From a virus (taxonomy: Duplodnaviria > Caudoviricetes): a stretch of DNA of 63,835 bases. The position numbers and the translations under genes were made by a program. A model generated the notes under the pieces. That model had not been told where the DNA came from, did not search any database, and was given only the letters and a program-made list of their open reading frames with translations. Within the stretch, counting starts at the first letter, position 1. Each line of letters starts with the position of its first letter. The DNA lies in the IMG/VR virus record IMGVR_UViG_3300042922_000736, positions 1 through 63,835 of that record; one strand, 5' to 3'. Shown piece after piece: positions 48,059-56,779 of the stretch.

Positions 48059-48853
48059 TCACGCCGCCTTTCGGCTCGTTGCAGCGGCGTTGTCGTTGGC
48101 CGCAGGGAAATACTTGGAAAGTTCGGCGAAGCCGGCGCCCTTCACGTAGCGCAGCGAGTCCGGCATGCTGAACCTGTTCTTGGCTACGAAGCCGGCGCCC
48201 TCCACGAGGTGGATCTGGCGCTCCTTGCCGCCCTCGGCGTGCGTGACGGTCTTCTTCGGCGCGACCTCTTTTTCCTTCAGCGTCACGCGGTAGTTCATGA
48301 ATGCCACCACGTCTGCCTGCTCGCGCACCAGGGCGTTTCCGCGCTTGTGCAGCTTGATCGTGTAACGGCTGTACGGGTCGGTCGTGGGCGAGTCGAAGCG
48401 CACGATTTCCGGGTGCGCCAGCTGCACCACGGCAATGCCGGCCTGCTGCAGTTCGCCCATGGCGGCAAGAAATTCCCGCCATTCGGCGTCGGCCTCGACA
48501 TAGCCGCGGCCATAGCCGGGCTCTTCGATCGACGACACGCCAAGCCGGGCACAGGTCGCCTTCCAGATCAGCCCCTCGAGTCCATCAAGCGAGTCGATGA
48601 TGACCGTCTTGAAGTCGTGCTGCTTATCGAGCAGTTCGCCTACGACGCTCCACAGGTCGTCTAGCGACTTGATCGTGCCGGGGGTCGGCATATCGACGGC
48701 CGACGGCGGGCGCTCGCCCTCGGTGGGCAGATAGACCGGGTCGGGCCATTCAGCGGCCAGGCTGGTCTTGCCGATGCCGTCGACGCCGTACAGCACGACG
48801 ATGGGCGGCTTGGTGCTCTTGCTGGATTTCAGCGAGGAAAGGGAGATTGCCAT
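48059..48853 (-). CDS. Sak4-like AAA_24 ATPase
   Basis: YGVDGIGKT, IIDSLD, GYGRGY, AKNR. Confidence 0.85.
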   Translation of the reverse strand: MAISLSSLKSSKSTKPPIVVLYGVDGIGKTSLAAEWPDPVYLPTEGERPPSAVDMPTPGTIKSLDDLWSVVGELLDKQHDFKTVIIDSLDGLEGLIWKATCARLGVSSIEEPGYGRGYVEADAEWREFLAAMGELQQAGIAVVQLAHPEIVRFDSPTTDPYSRYTIKLHKRGNALVREQADVVAFMNYRVTLKEKEVAPKKTVTHAEGGKERQIHLVEGAGFVAKNRFSMPDSLRYVKGAGFAELSKYFPAANDNAAATSRKAA

Positions 48854-49599
48854 GGGCTCAGTCCTCCACGTCGCTAGACGGCGTGGTCCAGAGCAGCCAG
48901 AACCACAGTCCAAGCGCGCCAATGCAGACCAGGTTGAGTGCGACTTCCCACATCACTGCACCGCCGTGGACGGACTCAGGGGGAAGTGGATGACGTTGGT
49001 GCCGACCGCCGAGCTCCGCAGCGCGGTCTCTGGCAGCTCGAACTGCGCCCCGTCGTAGGCACGGCGGATGGTGTAGAAGTCGTCGTATTCGGTGCGGTGC
49101 TGCTTAAGCACCGTGGCGAGGTCGCCGGTTTTCGCGATGCGCACGGCTTCGCCGAGCGCGAATCTGAATCCGCTCATCTCAATGTCCTGCGATGTCTGGT
49201 CTAGGCGGCTACGCTGGGCGCAGTGGCGCGCTGCAGCACGGCGGCGGGCAGCGGGATGTCGTTGTCGGGCGGTGTCGCCCGCGCCGGCAGCACGAAGCGC
49301 TCGTCTATGTACTTGTTGTATCGGTCGCCGGTCGGCTCGGTGCCGGTGATGCGGTAGGAGTAGCAGCCGTTGGCGTACTCGGTGACCGCGGTGACGCGCC
49401 CGCGGATCGCGGCGACGACCTCGTCGCCCATGTTGTACTTCGGTTCAGTCATATTGCCCCTATTCGCTGGGGTGAGCGGTGCCCGAAGGCGGCGTCGGCG
49501 CCGTCGTGCGGCACCCGGTAGTGCTGGGTAAGTAGTGTTCCGGCGCGAAAAACGCGCGTCGAAATCGTCGAGATGTGCCGCGCTGTGCACAGGTTTGGG

Positions 49600-49863
49600 C
49601 TAAACGGTGAGCTCGCCAGCCTTATACGACGCGTAGGCAAGCCAGTTCATGGCGCCGCGCCCTTCGTTGCAGGAGCGGCATGACAGTGCAAGGTTGTGAA
49701 TGCCATCAGTGCCGCCATCGGCCTTGCGTTGCAGATGCTCGATGGTTTCGGCATTCGGCGCATTTGGCCTTACCATCTGTAGTTGGCAACCGCAGTAGCA
49801 GCACATACCGCCCTGGTGCTGGCGAAGGCGCCTCCTAACGCTGCTTCGGTATTTCCTATACAT
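49600..49863 (-). CDS. HNH endonuclease
   Basis: CCYC, TIEH, GG, NLALSCRSCN. Confidence 0.8.
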   Translation of the reverse strand: MYRKYRSSVRRRLRQHQGGMCCYCGCQLQMVRPNAPNAETIEHLQRKADGGTDGIHNLALSCRSCNEGRGAMNWLAYASYKAGELTV

Positions 49864-50039
49864 CGCTACACTGCTCCATTCGCCAAGCACAATAGCGCCG
49901 CACGCGTTTCAGCGTGCGACGTCCCTTGTTTCTACGGGGGCTGCGGTAGGCACGGACGGGCTAATCTTCTGGCGGCGGTCGGTGCGTGGTTGTTCGGCAT
50001 CTCGGGGGGGTCGTCCTTGATTCCGGTTTCGATGGAACC

Positions 50040-50068
50040 GATATGCCCGACTGGAATATTCTTGTCAA
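50040..50068 (-). promoter_or_regulatory. Leftward sigma70-type promoter
   Basis: Minus strand TTGACA-N17-CATATC. Confidence 0.6.
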
Positions 50069-50142
50069 GCGTTATAATCGCCACCGGATTAGGCGACCGC
50101 GCCAAAACGTGCGATACAGCGGTACATGAGTGACGAGACCTA

Positions 50143-50661
50143 ATGATGCCTGGGAAGAAGCGAACCGCTAAGCCCCTAGGCCAGCACTTCCTGCGGGAGT
50201 GGCGCCTATGGAAGAACGACCTTAGCCAGGCCGAGGTCGGGGCCGCTATTGGCATGACGCAGGGCGGATATCAGAAAATCGAGTCGAGTGAGAACCCCTA
50301 TAGCGAAATAGTTCTCGACGCGCTTGCGAGGTTCTACGGCTGCAGCCAAGGTGACTTGCTGTCTAGGAATCCCCTGAAGGGTGGCGAAACAGCAATCGAT
50401 TGGACGTCGGCCGGCAAGCGGCTCGAGATAATCCGGCGAGCTCTCTCGCCGGATCTAGCCTCGTACCTCATAGTCGACGACGGTGACTGGTTCTCCACTA
50501 TCAACAGCTATGGCGGAGACGTCCCATCCGGCGCGGCAATAAGGATTCACGCCGCAACCGGGCTGCCGATAAGGTTCATCATATCGGGAGCGACCGACGA
50601 ACTGTCCAAGGAGCAGATGGAATCCCTGTTGTCAGCCGCGCTCAATAGCAGGCCAGACTGA
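50143..50661 (+). CDS. XRE-family HTH regulator (repressor candidate)
   Basis: FLREWR..LSQAEVGAAIGMTQGGYQKIE. Confidence 0.85.
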   Translation: MMPGKKRTAKPLGQHFLREWRLWKNDLSQAEVGAAIGMTQGGYQKIESSENPYSEIVLDALARFYGCSQGDLLSRNPLKGGETAIDWTSAGKRLEIIRRALSPDLASYLIVDDGDWFSTINSYGGDVPSGAAIRIHAATGLPIRFIISGATDELSKEQMESLLSAALNSRPD

Positions 50662-50828
50662 CATGCGGCCTGGGACAGAAGCGCCTCATATAGGGCTGAC
50701 GTTGTCCGAAGGATTCTTCGGGCCGCCGCATCGTCCGGCGGCAACATCGCGCAGATCTTAGCGGCAACCTGCCGCTCCAGGCATTCTCTCACAGCCACAC
50801 CCGGCTGCATACCCGCACTAGCAACCAT
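50547..50828 (-). CDS. Small putative SOS-inducible protein
   Basis: ATG preceded by GAGGG and a LexA box; 3' end overlaps the XRE gene antisense. Confidence 0.5.
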   Translation of the reverse strand: MVASAGMQPGVAVRECLERQVAAKICAMLPPDDAAARRILRTTSALYEALLSQAACQSGLLLSAADNRDSICSLDSSSVAPDMMNLIGSPVAA

Positions 50829-50871
50829 AGCACTTTCCCTCTTTGCGTGCTCTGATAATACGCTGTGGCTG

Positions 50872-50886
50872 GAACAAAGCAAGAAC
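50872..50886. promoter_or_regulatory. Alphaproteobacterial LexA box
   Basis: GAAC-AAAGCAA-GAAC. Confidence 0.7.
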
Positions 50887-51046
50887 ATTTTCCTAACGTA
50901 GGGAAAGTTTTCCGCAACCAGTGTGGGGCTGACGGGGCTTCCGTTCTTTGTGAGGTAATGTCCGCGCAATCGGACGCGCCTAGCATGTGAACGCTAGCGC
51001 ATAAAATTTTGTTTATCAACGTACGTATTTTGTCGGACTTAGAATA

Positions 51047-51547
51047 ATGACAGAGTCCAAGCAGCTGATGCAGCGCATAGAGCAACGTATTGCTGCGCTT
51101 GGCATTTCTCGTCGATCGGCGGCGGTTCGGGCCGGCCTTTCTGAGAATGCCCTCAACGTAATGCGGTCAAAAATAGACAGTGGCGGACATCACCGACCTC
51201 GCGTCGACACCATTCGCGCCCTAGCTCCGGTGTTGCACACTACCGTCGAGTGGCTTCTCGACGGAAAGGGACCGGAGGTCGTTATGCCAGATACACTTCC
51301 TGCCGCGCCTCAGCCAACAAAGCGGCCCAAGAATGCCAGGGGTGACATCGACGCCCATATGGATGCAATTGTGGGGGCCGTATTTGCGGTCGGTGTCGAG
51401 CTCGGCATGGAGATAACCCCAACACGGCTGGCCCGCGTGGTGCGAGATCCTCGAATATCGATCGATATCGAATCGGACGAGGAGATGGAAGCGGCAGTGA
51501 CCATCTTGAAGATGCGGATTCGCCGGCGTCTCACGGCAATGAAGTAG
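51047..51547 (+). CDS. Second XRE-family HTH regulator
   Basis: ISRRSAAVRAGLSEN...PRVDTIRALA..L.TTVEWLLDG. Confidence 0.85.
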   Translation: MTESKQLMQRIEQRIAALGISRRSAAVRAGLSENALNVMRSKIDSGGHHRPRVDTIRALAPVLHTTVEWLLDGKGPEVVMPDTLPAAPQPTKRPKNARGDIDAHMDAIVGAVFAVGVELGMEITPTRLARVVRDPRISIDIESDEEMEAAVTILKMRIRRRLTAMK

Positions 51548-51680
51548 GTCCGCGACGTCCATAGAAGCCCCGCCACGGCTGGAATGAATCTTGACCAGAT
51601 TCACCACTATTGACAGGAATAATCTTGACGGTCATTATGCCCCTCAACACCGGCAGAGTCGCCGGCCAGAGGAGAGCAAG

Positions 51681-54040
51681 ATGCAGACCTCGAACGGAAA
51701 CGCAGGCAGACCGAGCAGTGCCGACATCGCCTACGGCCGGTCGCCCCTGGCGCCGGAAGCCGACCGCCTACGCGCCACGGCGCGCTGGAACGTCAAGGCC
51801 GCCGCCGAAGCCAGGCGCAAGCGCCGTCACGCCGATGAAGTCCGCTACCGCCTGAACGCCACTAAGTGCGACACCCGCCGTGCCGAGCTTCTGGCGATGC
51901 GCGAGCCGCTGCGGAGTGCAGCGTGATGACCGCGCACAACGAGACGAAGGCGGGGCACACGCCGGGGCCGTGGTCGGTAAAGCGTGGCGAGGGTCGCTAT
52001 AGCGACCAACTCTATGTTGAGAGCAATATCCACTCCACACCGACCGTCATCAGCGGCAAAGATCAAATCGTCCAGCTTACGAGCTTTCGAGATGATCACG
52101 GGCGGGAGGTTGAAGCCAACGCTCGCCTGATCGCCGCCAGCCCTTCGCTGTTCGACTACGTGGCCCGCAAGGCCAGCGAAGGCGACCCAGAAGCAGTCAA
52201 GCTTGTGGAGGCGGTTACCGCCGCCCGCGCCACCTCGGAGGCCGTGTGATGGCCGGGTTCCTTGGGGCAAGTCTGGCCGCTGCTGCCGCTGAGATGGTCT
52301 TTCTCGGCCGCTGGATCGACGCTGCCGAATACGGGGCAATCCAGTCCCGCCAAGCGCGGAAGCGTCGTCGCGAAAAGATCGACCGCCGCATTCCGAACCA
52401 TCGGAAGAAGGGTCCCGGTCGCAAGCACCTGTCTGGCGACTTCACGGGCGAAACCAACACGCGGGGGTGGAAATGACCTCCCCCACGACCACGACCGTTG
52501 AAGTCCTCCAGAAGGCAAGGGCGTTCCTCATCGTCGCTTCTGACGGCACAGAGATGGTGTTCACGAACGAGGAAGATGCGCAGCGAAAAGCTGATGCACT
52601 CGGCCTCGAATATCACGGGCTGTATTTGCGGGCTGCCGCCGGTCTGCTGGCTGACCACCGCGAAGCCCTAATAGACCATCTCTGTAGAGAATTTGTCTCT
52701 GTCTACGATTGCGTTCGTGTGTGGGAGGCCTGGTCTGTTGGCACCATGTCCAAGGACGACTTTAGGCCTTTGGAGGATCGCGTCGAGCAGATAGCGGATG
52801 ACATCCTCGACCTTATGGACCGCGCCATCGACCTCGCCAAGCGGGAGGCGGTGTGAGCCATGTCGGATCTGGTTGATAAGCTGAACGCTGAGGCCGCCGC
52901 CATTGCAAAGGGTGGCCCACTCTGGAGTGGCGAAACGGAGCGGCTAATTCTGGAGGCCGCCGCCGAACTCACCCGCCTCCGCTCGCTGAATGCGGAGTTG
53001 GTGGAGGCGATCCAACTAGTCCGATCCATCATCGTCGATGGCGCCACGACTGGCTTCAATTGCCACGACGGGGATTGGGCTGAGCGCCTGTACACGTCAC
53101 AGGCCGTCACGCACCGCGCCCTCGCCCGCGCCAACGGAGGCGGCACGCCATGACCGCGCACGCCAGGACCACCACACTCACCACTCGAGCACGCCGCGAA
53201 GCTGAACGGCTCGACGTCGAAACCAACGCCAGGTTCGAAGGCGTGTCCACCGAGGCGGCGACGCTCCTGCGCCAGCTTGCCAATGAGGTGGAGCGGCTGG
53301 AGGCGGAGATCGCCGCCGCCATGAACCAGCAAGCACTGCAACCCGTAGGGCTGTGAAGATGACCTACACCCTCATCATCGACGGCGCGCCGCTTTCGCCC
53401 ACGTCGCTACTGCAGGCCGACGCCATATGGCAGGCCGCACTGGTCACGGGCCGCCGCGTATCGCTCATTGCCAAGCGCGAGAGATAGCCATGCACACGAT
53501 AAGGAAGCTGGCGAGCACGGCCAAGATCGTTGCCACGCTCACCATGGCACGGACGTTCGGGCAGTACGAACACACCGTGTGGAACGGCGATTTCACCTAC
53601 GCTCAATACCGCTGGCGCGGCCAGTCATGGGCGATCCCGACCTCCGCCATGGAGGATCTGCCATGACCCTCATCATGCTCATCTGCCTAGCCGGCGCGCC
53701 GGACCAGTGCCGCACGGAACAGGTGCCGACCGAGGCAGTCATGCCGATGCAGTGCGCCATGGCCGCCCAGGAGTGGGCCGCAGAACATCCTCGCTACGTG
53801 CTGGCGAAGTTTCGCTGCGGCAGGCGTGTGGTGGAGATTTGAGCCATGGGAAAGCACGAGATGGCCGTAACCACTGCCCGGCTGCTCGCCGCGCAACTCC
53901 GTAGTGCGGAGCGCCGGGCCGAGCGGTACGAGGCGGCGCTGCGGGCGATTGCGGTGATGCAGAACCCTACCGAGATGCGCCGCGTAGCGACCGACGCAGT
54001 GTCGGCGGACAGCCACAAGGCCGCCGCCTACCCCAATTAG
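51681..54040 (+). other. Run of short, translationally coupled early hypothetical genes
   Basis: ORFs such as 51681-51926, 51926-52249 (HTPGPW...ANARLIAA), 52467-52856, 52860-53153, 53150-53356, 53846-54040. Confidence 0.6.
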
Positions 54041-54186
54041 CCGGGGACTCCAAGCTGCTCCAACCGGCGAGTGGACTAGTCCGTGATCGCGACTGCAGAA
54101 GTCGTGGCGGCCCGGCGTAGAGCATTTGCCCGCCACTAATCACGGAAAGCCGGAATTACTACCCAACCGGAGTATCGCAACACCCA

Positions 54187-54498
54187 TTGACTGGTCGGTG
54201 CCGGAACGAGAGCGCACCCCATAAGCCGCCAGCCCGTCCAGTCAACCCTACGCGAAGGCGGCCAGAGCCAGTGTGCACCCCATGAGCACGACGCCGCCTT
54301 CGCAACTGCATTCAACCGGCCGGCCGGAGGGCAAACGCACCCCGATAGAGTACCGCCGGTCGGTTGAACCACTTCGAGAGACGCGGGCCAGTGAGAGCTC
54401 GCACCCCAGCGCAAGAACGCCCGCGTCTCTCGTCACCCCATCGGAAGGCCGGGCCATTCGAAATCCGAACGCCAAGTGCACAGCGCCCGTGCCTTCCG
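54187..54498 (+). ncRNA. Stem-loop dual-spacer (TIGR-like) array, block 1: 5 units
   Basis: Units 54187-54245, 54252-54303, 54311-54368, 54375-54432, 54442-54498; each is a hairpin around CCR-N9-YG-N4-CCR-N9-(C/A)G. Confidence 0.85.
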
Positions 54499-54520
54499 CC
54501 CCTAACCAGAGGAGAACATC

Positions 54521-55141
54521 ATGAGCCTCGCCCACGACTTCAACCCGCCCCGCAGACACACCCGATACGCCAAAGCCGAGACACTTATCGGCGTAGCGGA
54601 GCGCATGATGCGCGAAGCCAGCGGTGACGTCGACGCCGCCACTGAGAAGATGACGAACTACGTCCTGAACAAGAAGCGCCTCACGGAAGAGGCGGTGCGG
54701 ATGGCGTGCCGCAACATGCTCGGCGAGACCGTCCGCAGCGAACGCCGCACGATCGATACCCTCATGGCCGACCCCGGCGCTACCGGCCCGAAGGCGACGG
54801 CTAGCAAGTCGAAGTCCTACCAGGAGCGCGTCGCGCACATCTTCAGCGGCAGCGCGGAAGCAACCCGCCTGCGGCTGTCGAGCCTCGGCCAGCACGTCCG
54901 CGAGGCGCTGCTCGACAAGCCCTATGTCATCGACGGCATCCGTCGCCCGCTGCGAGACCACATCGGCGCGGACATCGTGAAGTACGCCGGCGAGCACCTG
55001 AGCAAGGGCCAGACCATGGTACGCGAAGCCAGGTTCCTCATCGCCATCGGCAACACGGCCGGAAACCGCAAGGTCGGTGACGCCGTGTCCGCCGAGGAAG
55101 CCATTCGCCTCCGTATTGAGGCCGACAAGACGCCGGTGTGA
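54521..55141 (+). CDS. Uncharacterised protein between array blocks
   Basis: 206-aa ORF with GAGGAG ribosome-binding site; no family recognised. Confidence 0.75.
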   Translation: MSLAHDFNPPRRHTRYAKAETLIGVAERMMREASGDVDAATEKMTNYVLNKKRLTEEAVRMACRNMLGETVRSERRTIDTLMADPGATGPKATASKSKSYQERVAHIFSGSAEATRLRLSSLGQHVREALLDKPYVIDGIRRPLRDHIGADIVKYAGEHLSKGQTMVREARFLIAIGNTAGNRKVGDAVSAEEAIRLRIEADKTPV

Positions 55142-55148
55142 GCCGGCA

Positions 55149-55736
55149 GGGGCGGGCCAGCCGGGCTTCGTATCCCATGAAAGAAACGCCCGCCCCGAAC
55201 CTTTTGCATGTGGTGGCCAATAGAACTTCGCACCCCACGAGCGCTGTGCCGCTACATGCAACCCCACCCGCCGCAAGGCGGTGCCTGCCGGGCCAGCAGG
55301 CCGCCGCACCCCATCCACCAGACGCCCGGCAGGCAACCAATACCGAACGGCAGGGGCCAAGGGCACCGCGTATCCCAGGCTGGCACCGCCCCGCCGTTCG
55401 GTTCCTAACGTGAGTGGTGGCGGCCACTGTGCACACGCACCCCATCGGTCGCTCGCCGCCGCCACTCACAACCCATTCCGCCGGCCAAGCGAGACATGCA
55501 CCCCATTCCGTCCGCGCCGGCACGCAACCCAGGACAAACGCCATGTACTCCGAAATTAGCAACAACCCCGCCGAGATTGCCGCCGCCACGACCCGGCGCC
55601 GGCCCCGTAAAGCTGACGGTGCGGCCACTTCTGCAGCGCGACCCATAAATAGGACGCCCGCCGTCAGCCCCCCTATCGACGAAACCGTGGCCGACGGTCA
55701 TGCGCACCCCTATGGAACAGCGCCCGGTTTCGTCGA
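55149..55736 (+). ncRNA. TIGR-like array, block 2: 6 units plus 2 inside the next ORF's 5' end
   Basis: Units 55149-55196, 55204-55261, 55282-55335, 55342-55402, 55410-55469, 55480-55521, 55612-55668, 55676-55736. Confidence 0.85.
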
Positions 55737-56577
55737 CCCCGATTGCACGCCGACCTACGTGCCGACCGAGGCCGTCACGGACCTAGTCGCGCAGATACGC
55801 AACATGCACAAGCTGCGGCAGGGGATGATACGGGCCAAGAACCGCATCGTGCTGCAGGGCATGGCGTGCGTTCGGCACGCGATCCACCAGCCCGAAGACT
55901 ACGAGAACGACGCCACCAAGAAGGCGCTGCGTGAGCGCGCCGACAAGATGTACCGCGAAGCTGCGGCCGACGAGGGCCATCAGTTCCACCCCAACATCAA
56001 GCCGTACTTGATGGCCGCTGCTCCGCTGGAAGAAGCCGCAGAGACCTACGCCAAGCGACTCGAGAAGCTGGCCAAGCAGTTGCCGGTCTTCGCATGGGTG
56101 CAGTCCGTCAAGGGGCTCGGCACGGTCAGCTTCGCGACCATCGTCGGCGAGGCTGGAGACATCGGCACCTACCGCGGGCCGGAGGGGCTGTGGAAGCGCA
56201 TGGGGCTAGCCGTCATCGGTGGCAAGGCGCAGGGCAGGCCCGGCGCGGGGGCCACGTCGGAAGACTGGATAGCCCACGGCTACAGCGGCGAGCGCCGTTC
56301 TGTGGCGTGGAACGCCCGCAACGGTCTCATCTTGGGCATGGGCCGCTGGCGCCCCGCGTTCGGTGAGGATGTCGACGCAAACCCTGAACTGACGCCGTAT
56401 CAGCGGCTGTTCGCGAAGCGCGCCAGGCTCGAGTGCGAGAAGCTCGGCAAGCCGGTGACTGAGGCGAAGACGGGCAAGGAGTCCTACAGCGCCCACGCCA
56501 TCGCACGGGCCATGAGGTTCGTCGAAAAAAGGATGCTCAAGGAGCTCTATCTGAATTGGCGCCGGGCTTCGGCCTGA
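55543..56577 (+). CDS. IS110/Nop-like RNA-binding protein without a nuclease domain (TasA-like)
   Basis: Coiled coil plus VKGLGTVSFATIVGEAGD...LWKRMGL, similar to the IS110 C-terminal/Nop region; no DEDD RuvC domain, no catalytic SG loop; start may lie further downstream. Confidence 0.75.
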   Translation: MYSEISNNPAEIAAATTRRRPRKADGAATSAARPINRTPAVSPPIDETVADGHAHPYGTAPGFVDPDCTPTYVPTEAVTDLVAQIRNMHKLRQGMIRAKNRIVLQGMACVRHAIHQPEDYENDATKKALRERADKMYREAAADEGHQFHPNIKPYLMAAAPLEEAAETYAKRLEKLAKQLPVFAWVQSVKGLGTVSFATIVGEAGDIGTYRGPEGLWKRMGLAVIGGKAQGRPGAGATSEDWIAHGYSGERRSVAWNARNGLILGMGRWRPAFGEDVDANPELTPYQRLFAKRARLECEKLGKPVTEAKTGKESYSAHAIARAMRFVEKRMLKELYLNWRRASA

Positions 56578-56582
56578 AGCCC

Positions 56583-56754
56583 GGCGGGGCCAGCGTAGAG
56601 CCGCACCCCAGAGGTAGCGCGCCCCGCCAACCCCCATTGCCTGCCGGGGCCGAAAAACGTCCGCACCCCATCCATGTTGCGTCACGGCAGGCAACCCTAA
56701 GCGACGACGGGCCACCGCTCTCGCGTATCCCACTCCCGGAGCGCCCGTCGTCGC
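56583..56754 (+). ncRNA. TIGR-like array, block 3: 3 units
   Basis: Units 56583-56628, 56637-56694, 56701-56754. Confidence 0.85.
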
Positions 56755-56779
56755 CCACCCCATCCAGAGGTCACACACC

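Noticed and set aside
54442-55469. Unit 5 spacer B is an 8/9 reverse complement of unit 10 spacer A
   Set aside because: Could indicate tiled targets, but the shared core is the palindrome GTGCAC and chance cannot be excluded
55543-56577. IS110 transposase / insertion sequence
   Set aside because: No N-terminal DEDD RuvC domain or catalytic SG loop, and the flanks are multi-unit arrays rather than IS ends
54187-56754. CRISPR array, REP elements or serial terminators
   Set aside because: No 25-45 bp identical repeats, no cas operon and no U-tracts; the stems differ while the internal 9-nt spacing is fixed
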